Source of the DNA: the human T2T-CHM13v2.0 reference genome, Homo sapiens | NCBI RefSeq assembly: GCF_009914755.1 | Contig: NC_060930.1 | Direction: 5' to 3' (one strand) | DNA: 64,000 bases | Shown here: positions 12,376-25,228 of the stretch, piece after piece | Layout: every line of letters starts with the position of its first letter | Position numbering within the stretch: position 1 is the stretch's first letter | Notes under the pieces: model-generated | Databases searched by the model: none | What the model saw: the letters and a program-made list of their open reading frames with translations, nothing else | What the model was told of the DNA's origin: nothing | Translations under genes and position numbers: made by a program

Positions 12376-14769
12376 TAACAGACCCAGTGAAAGATAGAAG
12401 TTGATTGAACCAAAGTAGCGACTGGTAGAATGGATGAGAGGAAAAGTTTTACAAGGCTTTTCTGAACTTGCATAGACATACTTTCCTACTGGATGGAAGA
12501 GAAAGAGCTAAAAAAGATTCTCCTTGATCATTTGGGAGACTTTAGAAAAGGTCAGCCTTAACTGAGACAGGAAATACAGCAGGAGGAGCAAGCTTGGATT
12601 ACAAATATAAACCCTATTCTGTTATCAGTATGCTGAATTTCAGATGTCTGGGGACAGATAAAGAAGTGGTCTTAAATGTTTATTTCATAAAGTAACTTGC
12701 ATGAAATCACTCTAAAAGCTTGGAAATAGAATGCAAACCCTACTAGTATTTTTAATAATCAAGTTATTACACACCTATTAAATGGAACGTATTTGAAACC
12801 AGAGTAAGAGGTCAAATGAATACATTCTTAGAGAGTTATAAGGAGACTACTGCAAGATTTCTCCCTTCTATGTTTTAAGTAGCCCCTGTCTGGGGGCCTG
12901 GAGGAAGCCCACTTTCTCCTTTACTGATAAGTACTTCTGGAAAGATGAAGACCTATGAGCAAAACAACAACAACAAAAAATTTGGTCCTCTCAGCCTTTG
13001 GACCTCTTTTGGTCTACTCCAAGTCAGAGTGGTCCTCCCAAGTTCAGCCTCTTCCTAGTCTATCTCTAGTGAAAAGACGCCAATGTCATGAGAGTACTAA
13101 TACCCATGTCTCTGCTAAAGCAGGATAGTGAACAAGCACAACTTATATAGAAGGTCAAAGGGGAAAATTCAGCCTTCCTAACTGCAAGGAATGTAGTGCT
13201 AACAATTTAGGTTGTGAAAGGAGTTGGTTAATTGAGAAAAACAGACACCACATATCACAGAGCCCAGCATCTGGCGTGCAGTAAAATATTCAATAAATAA
13301 ATGAAGTGACTCTGTGGCACATACACTCACTTTCTCATCCAGTCTTAGAGCAGACATTTTCCAGTTTATTTAAGCCAGAAGAGATGTTTTGTCAGAATAA
13401 ACCAGTTTCTCGGAAAATGACAACACTGGTGTCAAAAAGGGTTCACAGGACAGGTACCAAAAATATTACCTGTAAGTTCGGGTGCTAAGACTATAGAATA
13501 CTTCATTCCTTTTGAAGACAGATCCCTGTATTTTCTAAGTTTTCTGTAGGATACCAAAAATATTACAGCAATTAAGTTTGGGTGGAGGGGTTATGATTTC
13601 ATTTCTTTGGGGACATGTCTGTGTATTTTCTAGGTTTTCTACAATGAAAGTACATTATGTTTGTAATTAAAAATAAAACATAATTTAGAGAAGGAGGTCT
13701 ATGTGCTGGCTTCCACCTCCACTACTACCTCCTTAGTGCAAGTTACCGATGTCTCCTGTCTACAGCAATGACCTCTTTCCTGATCTCCCAGCTTTCCCTG
13801 TTGACATTCTCCACATAGCAGCCATAGTGCTCCTTTAAAATGCATCCTCCAGTGGCTTCCACTGCACTTTAAAAATTCAGTCTCTATAGCCCTTGCCTAT
13901 CTTTTTAAACTTATCTCCTTCCTCCCCATCTCCCCCACACCCTAGTCCCTACCTCACTCCCACCCCCATACTCCATTCCTGCCATTACCCCCACCACACA
14001 CACACCCCCTCCGGTCTGACCACACTACTATATATCCATTGCTAGAGCAAACCAAGCAACCAGAAACATGTCCCCAGACTTCAGCTCCATTCCAGGTTCA
14101 AATCATACATCATTTCCTCAGAGAGGGCTTCCCTCAGTGCCCTACCAGAGGTCACACTCTATACTATTTCTTTGTCTGCTCTTCATAGCACTAAGAAATG
14201 CAAATATACAGATTCCAACTGGACTTTCACATTTGATAAGGTGTCTGCCATGGCCCTCACTTAACCTCCATTGCTGAGCTACTTGGCAGAAACAATATCA
14301 CAGAGAAACAATACAAGGCTCTGCCTCAAACTTCAATATGTGTCTGTGTTCTCAAATTGTATTCCTAGCAGTGACAATCTGAAAGTCACTGGCTGGGCTA
14401 GAAGCTAACTATACCCTTGAAGATGACACAGAATCCCTGGAACTTGGGGCATGAATATATCAATCCTAGAACTAATTTCATTTTTCTGGCATCTTGCCTA
14501 GACTACACATAGTTAATGTTTGAGTATTTCCAGTTCTCTGTAGGTACAATTATCTTTTCATTAAATTGCTAAAACCAAAGCTAGGAATCATTTAAGTAAT
14601 GGAAAATTCCTTTATTACATCAAAACCAATCAGTGATTAGCACTAGGACTGAAACCTATCATGCTATACAAATATAGCTGAATAGCTATTTTTAGACTGT
14701 TATAAATTTGATGGAGGGAATAACTGAGAAAGTTCTCTATTTGATGGTGATGATGATGATGATAATGAT

Positions 14770-15051
14770 GATTATTTAGAGACAGGGTCTTGCTCTGTCA
14801 TCGAGGCTGGAGTGCAATGGCAAGATCATAGCTCACTGCGGCTTGGAACTCCTGGGCTCCAGGGATCCTCCCGCCTCAGCCTCCTAAGTAGCTAGGACTA
14901 CAGGCATGTGCCATCACATTGGGCTAATTTTTTAAATTTTTTGTAGATGGGATCTATATAGCCCAGGATGGTATCAAACTCCTGGCCTCAAGCCATCCTC
15001 CCAGCTTGGTCTCCCAAGTAGCTGAGACTACAGGTGTGAGCCGTCACACCC
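14770..15051 (-). mobile_element. AluJ-like with (GAT)n-derived tail
   Basis: Antisense Alu preceded by GATGATGAT repeats. Confidence 0.9.
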
Positions 15052-17879
15052 TATAGTGATGAACCCTATAGTTCATCAATACACTGAATATCTATATTTA
15101 TGTTATTTTGTTATAGTAGGTATAATTTATAGGAAAAATAATATATAACTTTTATAGTAAGATAAAAACATTTCTGATCATGTAGCCATCTACTGAATGT
15201 TCTTGGGATATATGCTGGTCCCAGTTTTGAGAATAAACAAGCTATATAGCTGAACTATGTTCAGATCCTAAGCACTAGCTGAGTCCATCTCTAAAATAGT
15301 AGTAGAGAAATAAAGAGGCACACAAAAGTTCTTAATGAAGCAAAAGGCAGGGAAAACACATTAGAACAGAAGTTCTAGGACTATTTGATTGTTAAAAGGG
15401 AATTCATTATATTTCAACCATGTGCTTCACAGACTAACTGCCTCTAAGGGAGCTTATAAAATCTCAGTTATTTTCTAACTGATATGGAAGAGACATGGAG
15501 GGTGGATAGTGGGGTCTGGGACAGATTAGGGACACAATATGCGATGGCCCCACCACAATTCTCACCCCTTAAAATGGGAAATATAATGACTTGCCCTGGA
15601 ATAGTTTTACTCCTCATTGTGTCACAGTTGGGTGACAGAGGAAAGAGGGAGAGAAAGGAACAGAAAGTCTCTCTCATATTCAGATGCAGAAATCACTTTT
15701 TCCTGTTTTCTTCTTATGACTGATCATTACGGCACTACTCTGGGTCACTGCTGAGTGTGGTACTCAGCATTAGAACACATTTTATGTCTAAGTAGAATAG
15801 GAATGATCATCGCTGGTTGGGGACTTACCATCTCAGACAATGAGACCAGCACAGACAAGGGAATGGAAGACAGGTTTTCCTCAGTAAAATCCTGGGGCTT
15901 TGAGAGCTTCTGAGATGGGCACTTCTTACGTTAATTTCACTAAGGGACACCTGGGTGGGACCTGAGTGGCTAGCAGCATGAACAGGCAAAGATCAGAGGT
16001 CAAACTATTAACACCAGAGAACTCAGACAGCTTTTGTCTTCCCATAAGTCCACTGAGGGCTCAGGAAGTGGAGTTCTACTAATCATGCTGGGGTGTTGAC
16101 ACCCAAAAAAGGAAGAAATGGGTTTCTCCAAGCTTCTGGGTAAGTAATCAGACTTCAAAGAACTTCATCCCTTTTGTAGAACAAAGCTTGTTGACTGTAT
16201 GTGGGTTCTAGTCCCTACAGAACAAACTAGAAATAGGAATTTCTAGCCCTATACAAGCTTGACCCCTCACCCTTTCTTACTAGGGGATGTGTCCTCAGGT
16301 TTGTCCCCTTCTAGCTTTGTTAGAATTTCCTGACTGGTTCCAATCATCTTTAACTCTTTTCAGGGCTAAGACGCACCTCCCTTGCCTTATGTACCTGCCT
16401 GAATTTCATATATCAGGCACACCTTCATAGACCTGTGCAGATCTGCCACGGCAAGCTACGGAAAACAGCAAGTACATCAGCGAAGGCTTGGATTACCAGT
16501 TATAAGGCAAATTTTGAACATATTTTACAGTTTGTCTATAAAGATACTGTCACTCATTCATGGTTAAATGGGCCTGCCAGGGTATGCGTCACAAATACTA
16601 AATTATGTTTAAAAGAAGGCTTTAAAAGCAATCAACTATCCAGAAATTCCAACTTTTTTTTCCAGTGAAGTATTCACCACTCAACAAGTATTTCCTTGTC
16701 TTTTTTCTTCCTCTGCATCACTGAAAGATTTTTATTCTTTTTATTTTTGTTTTGATAAGGAAAAATCCTTTGATGCCTCAGAGAAAGAATACAGTTATTA
16801 TTTTAAATGAGTTGTTTTTAGTAAGTGTATATTTGAGCATGAAACAAGTCTAATACCAAACTAGGAAAAAGACATTTTTCTGCCCCATTTGATTATAGTT
16901 GCTAAATGTTAGACAATACTTGTAGACCTACTACTATCTTATTAACTTGGGATTTACTTGGAAAAGTGCTTTCTCTTAAAACTGCTAAATCTGTGAGGAT
17001 GGCAAATTAATAGCAATGGAAATTGTAGCTATGATTACATGACATTTTGGACAGGTTTTCTTTGGTGGCACAGAGTTAGATATGTTTATGCAGCTGCTCT
17101 TGGCTTCAGTTCCTACAGACCCCTCTTTCGCTTTTTTTCTTTTATATGAGGAGCCATATGAAGATGTTGACTTTCCACAATTTCTATCAAAAATGTTATT
17201 TTGCAAACACAAAACTACACTTTGAAAATGTTTCTTTACTTTTAAACCAATGCCTGATTGGAGAAGCCATCCTTTTCAGCACCCAAAAATGACGAGTACT
17301 AATTTTAAATTTTTGTTTAAACTTGTGTCTCCTATTTATTCCAAGAGTAAACCCTGAACACGTTTGGGGTTGTGTTGTTTTTTCTTAACAAATAACCAGA
17401 TAATCATAGTGCGACTATTTCCTCTACTCAGTGTAAGTTCAACGCTGACCAAGGTTGATGTGAATGTCAAGATTAGTTTTTCTCTCTTGGCTGTAACTGA
17501 AATCACAATCATCTCGAAAAGGCTATTATGATTATCAGTTTACCTACAAGCATAATGTACCTTTTACAAGAATATCCCAGGAATTATTTTTTAAAAGAGA
17601 AAAGAAAGTACCCCTAACCTCATCTTGCAAATGGAGACTTAAATGTTAGGCTCAAGGCAAAATTCTACCAAGTAAATTTTAGAGGCAAGACAGACAGGTT
17701 AGTAAGAACACTAATGCTTGTCTTTAACCCCAACCTGAAAAGATTTTTTAAAAATCACACAAAAAGTCCTCTTCCCCAGTCTTCCTTAAGAACAAACTAG
17801 TAGAGTGAGGGCAAGGCTAGTTTAAAGACCTTTCCCAGCTGTATATTTCAAAGCTGATATGCGTTGCAAAGAGAAAAGC

Positions 17880-18790
17880 ATGCAAAGATGCTCTCCTTAC
17901 CGGAGGTGAAAGCATTGTGCCAGCTCTGTCACTACTATAACCATCTTCCGCAAGTGGAGAGCAGGGAACGCCAGGGTCCCAAGAAGTGACGAAAAGCGAT
18001 AATTAGATCTCCTGCAAGAATCTTCCCTAAGCACTTTCTTCCGTGACACACCTACTTTGTGGCATCTACGCGCTCTTCACGGCTAACCACAATCCTGTCA
18101 TTTCGGCTTATTCATCCAGCAGCTGCCGGAAGGACCGGGCTGAAGCGTGGCCACGAGGAGGGGGATACCCGTGCGAGCGCTGAGCCGGCAGAGCGGCTGC
18201 AGCCCACGGGCTCCTCGGACCCCCGCTGCTGCGCCGCTGCAGCTGACCGTGCGAAAGCCGCATGTTATTGGGTAGAGATCAGCTTTCCAGGAACAGGCAT
18301 CAGCTGTGCACGAGCCCGGCAGCATCTCGAGACAAGTGCTAGCCGGTGTTGGTGCAAACCAAAGCTTGCTATGTGCTCAGAAAGCGGCCCCAGCTACTGA
18401 GCATGCTCGGCTTCTTCCCAGCTGCTGTTATCAGAGCCCCTTAACTGTTGACTTCTGTTGATTTGAGAAAGGGAGAATGAAGGAGTGGGCACGAGGGTGC
18501 GATTCGGTGAAGGAAATACCTTAAATTTGGAAATGATCTCTTCCGTATCCCCGCGCCCCTTCCCCACCGCAAAAATAAAATTTAAAAAACAGAGTAAGGA
18601 TACACTGCTCTGCACTTAGGAAATTTTTTATTGATAGGATGATAGAGATGTTTGAAACCTACCAGCAGCTTTTAGTCTTTAGCTTTCTCCCTGCCCAATT
18701 AAGTTGCCTCCGGGATCAAGCTTGTGGTGTAAACTGCGAAAGGGTTTAATCCTAACAGATCACTGTTCCTCGAGGATTAAGTACAGAATT
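17880..18790 (-). promoter_or_regulatory. CpG-island-like promoter of an unidentified minus-strand gene
   Basis: Strongest CpG/GC enrichment in the window (e.g. cccgtgcgagcgctgagccggcagagcggc, cccgcgcccc) in unique, non-repeat DNA. Contains several CAGCTG E-boxes, TGATAA (minus, ~18428-18433) and CTGAGCATGCTC, and is bounded on its low-coordinate side by a minus-strand splice donor. Confidence 0.75.
17901..18400 (-). other. Probable first exon (mostly or entirely 5'UTR); the TSS boundary is approximate
   Basis: Minus strand reads ...CACCTCCG|GTAAGGAG, a strong 5' splice site at the edge of the CpG island. The exon contains seven ATGs and no recognisable protein homology. Confidence 0.6.
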
Positions 18791-19654
18791 GCCTTGTGTT
18801 TGAAGATCTAGGCAATGTGCCACAAATTAATTATCTCTGTACCATCATAATCTGCCTCCTACTAGACAACAACTTTCTTAAATATTTTATAAAGTAATTG
18901 TGCTAGTTTTGAAATGGAAATGTTAACCTATATTATAACATACATCTTAAAATTTAAGTCTTCCAGATGGTAAGCAAAATGCAAGCAAAGAATGCCTGGC
19001 TGATTCATGACTGTAAACATAAATCTTTTCTTGGGGGCTTGGTGGACGGCCAGTACTCCATAAATGTTCCCGTGACGATGAATTGGTGAACTGATGGGTT
19101 AGATCATCTGTTAGTGGCGCTTACAGGAAAGCTGAAGTTCTTGAATTTGCTATGGACCCCTATACTAACTCTTGACCTTCTCAGCTATTTTGGGCTGGTC
19201 AATTATTTGAAGATAGAAATACACTATACATTAGGTGTGCAATACGTAAGCAAATGGCTTTTAGGTGCTATTTACATTTTATTATTTTTCTTATGCCTCC
19301 TTTTCTTCTTTTTTCGGCCCCCTAAAATGCTACTTTCCAAGTTGAGCCTCATTCAGAGCACGCCGTCTCAGCTACTACTGAAACCAGCAACATTAACTCT
19401 CCATGGTTTGCAGATAACAAAATTATTTCATTTTGAAAAACTTTTAGCCAGTCATCTCTGCCAAGTATGTGGAGGGTTAATCTGAGAGGCTTTCACAGCT
19501 GAAAGCTGGGCCTGTGAGAGCCCACACAGGACACAGGTGAGGGGAAGTCAGGTATTGAATCCCTAGCAGGTGTCTGGCCTGGCCCATGAATCCAGTTCCT
19601 TGGGGCAGGAAAGTCCTCTCTTTCTTCCCTTTTTCTCTGCCCCATCCTGTGGCT

Positions 19655-19974
19655 CTTTTATTTGTTTTTTTTGAGATAGGGCCTTGCTCCGTTGCCCAGG
19701 CTGGAGTGCAGTGGCACAAACATAGCTGAGACAAGTGCTAGCTGGTGCAGTGTCAACCTCCCGGGCTCAAGCAATCTTCCTACCTCTGCCTCCCAAGTAG
19801 CTGGGACTACAGGCACACACCACTATTCTGGGCTGATTTTTTTTTTTTTTTTTTGTAAAGATGGAGTCTCACCATATTGCCCAGGCTGATCTCAAACTCT
19901 TGGGCTCAAGCGATCCTCTCTCCTTGACCTCCCAAAGCACTGGGATTACAGGTGTGAACCATTTATACCTAGCC
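19655..19974 (-). mobile_element. AluJ-like containing a foreign 20-nt insert
   Basis: Antisense Alu; non-Alu GAGACAAGTGCTAGCTGGTG at 19728-19747. Confidence 0.92.
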
Positions 19975-21120
19975 TTCTTTCTGTCCTTTTAGGACTCAAG
20001 TGCTACCTGAGTACATCCTGACTCCAGAGCAGGCCCACTCTGGCTCCCCTTCTCTGTAGCTTTTCAGTGATACTTTCTTCATTGTCTTTAGTTGAATCAT
20101 ACCCCACCATACCAGCAGCTTTGAATTTCTTAAGGGTAGAGACAATGCTGGTTTTTTGGATCTCTATGTATAATTGTACACATATAATTACAATTATAAT
20201 TGTATAATTGTATACATCTGTGCAGTTACTGGTTTTCACATGTTGTCAATATTACATGGAGACACAGGAGGAAGTCCTTCTATTGTAATGACCACTTAGA
20301 AAATGGACAGAGTTAGTCTAGGGACATTTCTTAAAGGAAGTGATTGCAGGAGGAGAAAGAACCTTCTCAGTATAACCAAATCAAAGATTTCATAACTGGA
20401 AAGGAAGATGCAGACCTGCTAAGAGCAGATAACTAAGGTGGGGCTGTTTTATAGGTTTTAATCCCTACTTCTCTGTCCCGAACAAAAATAGAAACAGAAG
20501 TGGGGAGACACAACTGCTCCTGCTATGGGCCCCATGGACTCATTCAAATTCATAGCAGAGATTCCTTATTCCATCTACCTCATTTACCATCTGCCATTTT
20601 TTTCTTGCTATTTATTATATTGCAATGAACCTGGTTCTCAAGGGTTGCCCAAGGTGTTCTAATCACCAAAGCCAAGAATTTCTCAGTTTTGATGACAAAA
20701 ATCATAATTATCACTTATTTGCACCTTATTCTCTGCCAAGCACCACTAAAATCTTTACAACTATCACATTTAATTACCACATGAAGCATTTTTAGCAGCA
20801 TTTATCACAATCTTACATTTTGAATTTATAGTATACAATAATGTGTTTGCTAACATCCAAACCATACAGGCACACAAACAATAATTGGTAATGGATAAGG
20901 ACAGAGAATATTATCTTTAGCTGCTGATGAAACCAAGGCTTTGAGAGCCCAAGGTAAGATAGCTAATAGGTGGAGCACGATATGAATTCCATCCTGTTTG
21001 GTGCCAAAGTTCAACAGTCCTTAACCAGTCTAAATTATAGCCTTGCTCCACAAGAGTAACTTTTCCAAGAAAATATGGCTAAAGTTGAAGGCAGGGGCCA
21101 ATTCCAAGTTGACTTGATAT

Positions 21121-22062
21121 CACTGGGGCTCAGAAACCAATACTTCAAAATATAGCACTTCAACATGCTGAACCGAAAGAGCCTCAAGGTCTGACCTTTC
21201 CCACCCCACCTCTAACCATCTCTCCCAAAGCACAGGATGGATCTGAAGTTCCTTTATCTGTTTAACATCCAGATCCATCAAGGAGAATAGTGTTTTTTTT
21301 TTATTTCCACCTCCCCACCCACTGCCCGCGTAAGACCAAAACTGTAAACACACCTGAACAGACCCTTCACAAGATAATGTCTGCCTCCCAAGATCATTCC
21401 GATTCCAAAGTGAACTATTTACAGGTTAATTTCTGTCCTCAGAGTCATTCATTCTCCCTCTGATACAGTTTGGCTCTGTGTCCTCATCCAAATCTCATCT
21501 TGAATTATAATCCCCATGTGTCGAGGGAGGGAAGTGATTGGATCATGGGGGCTGTTTTCTTTCCCCCATGCTTTCTCGTGATAGTGAGTTCTCACAAGAT
21601 CTGATGGTTTTATAAGTGTCTGGCATTTTCCCTGCTTGCACTTCTCTCTCCTGCCACCATGTAAAGAAGACCCTTGCTTCTCCTTCATCTTCCACCATGA
21701 TTGTAAGTTTCCTAAGGCCACCCCAGCCATGTGGAACTGAGAGTCAATTAAGCCTCTTTTCTTTATAAATTACCCAGTCTCAGGGAGTACCTTTATAGCA
21801 GTGTCAGAACTAATACACTCTAGTAATCCTATTGCCTCTTAACAGAATTCCTCTTCATCCTGTTCCCATAACCAATTTTGTCAGGGTGGTATATAAGCTT
21901 TGAAACCCATTGGATGGTATGTAATCAAGCTGTGGTTCTCCTGTGTACATGTTAATAAATTTTGGATGCCTCTTCTCCAACTAATCTGCCTTCCTTTAGT
22001 TGATTTTTTTTTTTTTAGTGAACCTTCATGGGCAAAGGGTCTGTTTTCTCTTGGCCCCTACA
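21121..22062 (+). mobile_element. MER39-like LTR split by a THE1D/MSTA LTR
   Basis: Starts TGGGGCTCAGAAACCAATAC...CATGCTGAAC, has AATAAA at ~21954, and ends TTGGCCCCTACA. Confidence 0.75.
21461..21817 (+). mobile_element. THE1D/MSTA solo LTR
   Basis: TGATACAGTTTGGCTCTGTGTC...CTAATACA. Confidence 0.88.
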
Positions 22063-22365
22063 ATGCCAAACCTGGGCTTAAACTCTGCTATTCTGTCCCA
22101 CTCCTCTACGAAATTCTTTCCTCTTTTGAATTCCTTGACGTCACGCTTTTCTAATTCTATGCCTTTCTTGTTTTTCCAAAAAAGTTAAGGTTTCCTTCCC
22201 ATTCATTCATTCATCTCATTGTTGCTACTTGTAACAATAGTTATCACTTCTTGTGACTTCTGCATTTCTGTCTAACCAGTCACCCTGTTTTAATTTCTTA
22301 CTATTCAATCCTTCTTCCAAAAAAACCCCAAAGTCTCCTCCTAAAATTTCATTTACCATTACAAT

Positions 22366-23086
22366 TGAGAAATAAAAATAAAATTCTAAGTCATCCAGCT
22401 GACTTAATGGACCCCCCCTCTTGGCCAAGGGGACCCCAAAGAAACCTTGAAAACTGAGTTTCCAGCCATGATGGGATGGGAGGTCAGACACCTTGTTATA
22501 TCCCCTCCCTCACTAACTGCCATTAGGCTTTCATCCCTAAGGGTGAAAAAGAAGCCAGCCCTCTCAAAAGACTCTACCACTGATATCAGCCAAATGCCTG
22601 GAGCTGCCCTTTGTGGTTTCCACAAAACAACTGACTAGCATGTCTTCCTGATAAGAGACAACCATCTATAGAGTGGTCTGGCCAGTCTACAGAGGATGCA
22701 CGATGAGGGTTTTGATGTTCTCTGCTTCACCTTTTGACATCAGAGGGCCAGAAACTCTACGCTCGGATCACGCTAATGCTGCCATTTTTTGTAGATGGGA
22801 CCCATGAAGAGGCATGAAGCTCAACTGGATATGCACATTCTTCTCCTTTCATAAGTATTCGTGACTCCTATGGTTTATTGAATATATTTATATTGAATAT
22901 ATTTGCTCACCCCACCCAGCATAAACTCCTTTTCCCTTTGCCCCTCCCTCAAGTGTTTGTCTCCAGCTCCTGACCAGAGGCTACACTTCCCAGCCTGTCA
23001 GAATGGCCACCTGCAGGCTACAGCCCTTTATGAAAACTAAAGCTCTCCTTTCTAAATTTACAAACCTCATCATTCTTCAGCTGACA
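22366..23086 (+). mobile_element. MER4D/E-group ERV1 solo LTR
   Basis: TGAGAAATAAAAATAAAATTCTAAG...CTTCAGCTGACA; 4-bp TSD CAAT/CAGT. Confidence 0.8.
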
Positions 23087-23959
23087 CAGTGGACATTGTT
23101 GATTGTCTTGAGAGAGTTGGCTTTTCTTCTAATAGATCCCAAATTAAGAATCTTTATCTGTTCATATCCCCAAACAGTCCATTTGCTCACGGAAAGTTCA
23201 CTAGTCTGATTCTCATTGATCTAATAGCAACGCCAAACTCTTGCCATTCATTGGTTAAGGAATGGGTATGTAAACCAATTTTAACTGACGAAAAGGCCAG
23301 GAAAGTTTGTGGCAGGCTTCAGAAAGCTTCTTCCCTTTTCTTTAGTGGATTTCTGAGATTCCCTCTTATGTCTTACATTTAAACAAGGAAGTGTACAGCC
23401 CCTAACACTACTAGAAACCATCTTTACACCTTGAAAAGAAGTCAACATTGTACAAAGTGAAGAGCAGAGATTTAAAAAAGGGCTACTGGTGATACCATTA
23501 AATTGATCTACCCACCCAAATGCCTACCTCATCTCTTGATTTGTTGGATTGTGAGCCAATAGAATCTGCTTAGAACCACTTGAATTGGGTTTTCTACTTA
23601 CAGTCACAAAGCCTCTTGTCTGAGATATGCATTTTTTTCTTTCCTATTCAAAATGCTGAAATGATTAGGAATAAACTAAATTTTGTGGTATAGCATTTGA
23701 GAGTTTGTTCCTGGCCCCTTCTGTCTTGGAAAATTTGTCTCCCATTATATTCTGCTATGCACTTGACACTCTGGACATGCTTGGCTGCTTGATCTCACCA
23801 TGTCATTTGCTATCCCACAGGCCCCTGCTTGTCCTGTATTTTCTCCTACTGAAATTCAACTCTTCAAGATCTAGAGTAAAAGATACTTCCCTCTGAGATA
23901 GATTTTCAAAATTAGTATTGCTTCTTTTTATATATTCATACATGTTGCTTGTACTTGTG

Positions 23960-24410
23960 TGTGTAAATCTGGGTCCTCCAGGAGCCAGAGCAGCCAGGAT
24001 GGAATTAAACTGCAGCAATGATGTTTGAGGAAATGTGTGGGAGAGAACATGAAGAGAGCCAAGGGAGGTTGGGGGAACTATCAGACTATAATGCAGTGAA
24101 GAAGAGAGAAAAGGGAAAGAAGCTGGATGCAGTATAGTTATCAGGAAAGTTCAGCAAGGGTGGTGGTAAATCCTCAAGCCAGCCTTTCTTCAGAAGAGTC
24201 TGGCTTCTTCCAGAAACAGGCTGCCCTAGTATGGCTGCCACTCTCAGTCGTTGGCTGGGAGCAGCCTATAGCAAGCTTGGTTTCAGTATAAAAGCTGTGA
24301 TGCCTGTCATGAGGGGACCTTGTTCACTCCCTGCAGCTTTATACTCCCTGCAGCTTTACACTACCTGCAGCTGGAGGGTAGGAAGGTACTTGCTCATGGC
24401 TGCCATACTC
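23960..24410. mobile_element. LTR16-like ERVL LTR
   Basis: GGGTCCTCCAGGAGCCAGA...TCCTCAAGCCA...TTGGCTGGGAGCAGCC pattern. Confidence 0.55.
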
Positions 24411-25228
24411 TTTATTTATTACTCGTTCAGCCTGTCCTAAATTCTACATGTTATTTACATGAATCTCTTCCCTGCTGGATATAAACTCCTTAAGGGCAGG
24501 ACCTGGATTCATTTTTTTGTCCCACTGTGTGTTTTCCATAGTATGATTCCAGTAGACTGCTGCTGTGTTACTGAAGTGCATTCTGGAATATATTGCCTCA
24601 GACCTCTATATTTGCAATTCCTTAAAAAAAGAATAGGAATAATACACCCCCTAAAGTCAATGAGAACTTGCTTTCATAAGATGTAAGATATTGTTCCATG
24701 ATTAATAGTTTTAAAAAGTTTAAAACTATTTAAACTCACCTGTCTTCTCCTACAGATCAATGTGTCTCCACAAAGAAGTTTGATTTTGAAATTTCAGCGT
24801 TGATGAGGTAGTGAAGTAGAGCATTTGCTGATTAATACCCAATTTTTCACAAATTTAATCCCCAAGGCAAGTGGATGATTAAACTTGGAGTTAAATTTAT
24901 AATGCACTTTAGTTTGGGCTGGAGAAAATTATTTCAGACTGGTATGATACACTCTACTATTTCTTCAACATTCATTTTTAGGCGACATGAAAGTGGATCT
25001 TTCAGGTACATTTTTTTCAGATAAAAGGAAGATTAATAGTGGTCACTGAGGAATAAAGGAGATTAGAAAAATCTGTGATTATTTAAGGTATAATATGCAT
25101 TATTAAGCAAGGAGGAAAAGCACATAAATACAGGTATTTTGTCACTTCATTATACTTTGTAATGTTCTATGTACTATCAATTTAGGGTCAATCAATTTAT
25201 CTATGGTTAAGATATAATAAATAGTGCT

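Noticed and set aside
18059-18400. 113-aa plus-strand ORF in the CpG island
   Set aside because: Starts at GTG, lies in GC-rich stop-poor DNA, has no homology, and is opposite to the strand with the splice donor.
17901-18400. Naming the gene (considered ARHGAP18, FILIP1, FILIP1L, ENPP2)
   Set aside because: No coding exon in the window matches the proteins as I recall them; a BLAT search is needed.
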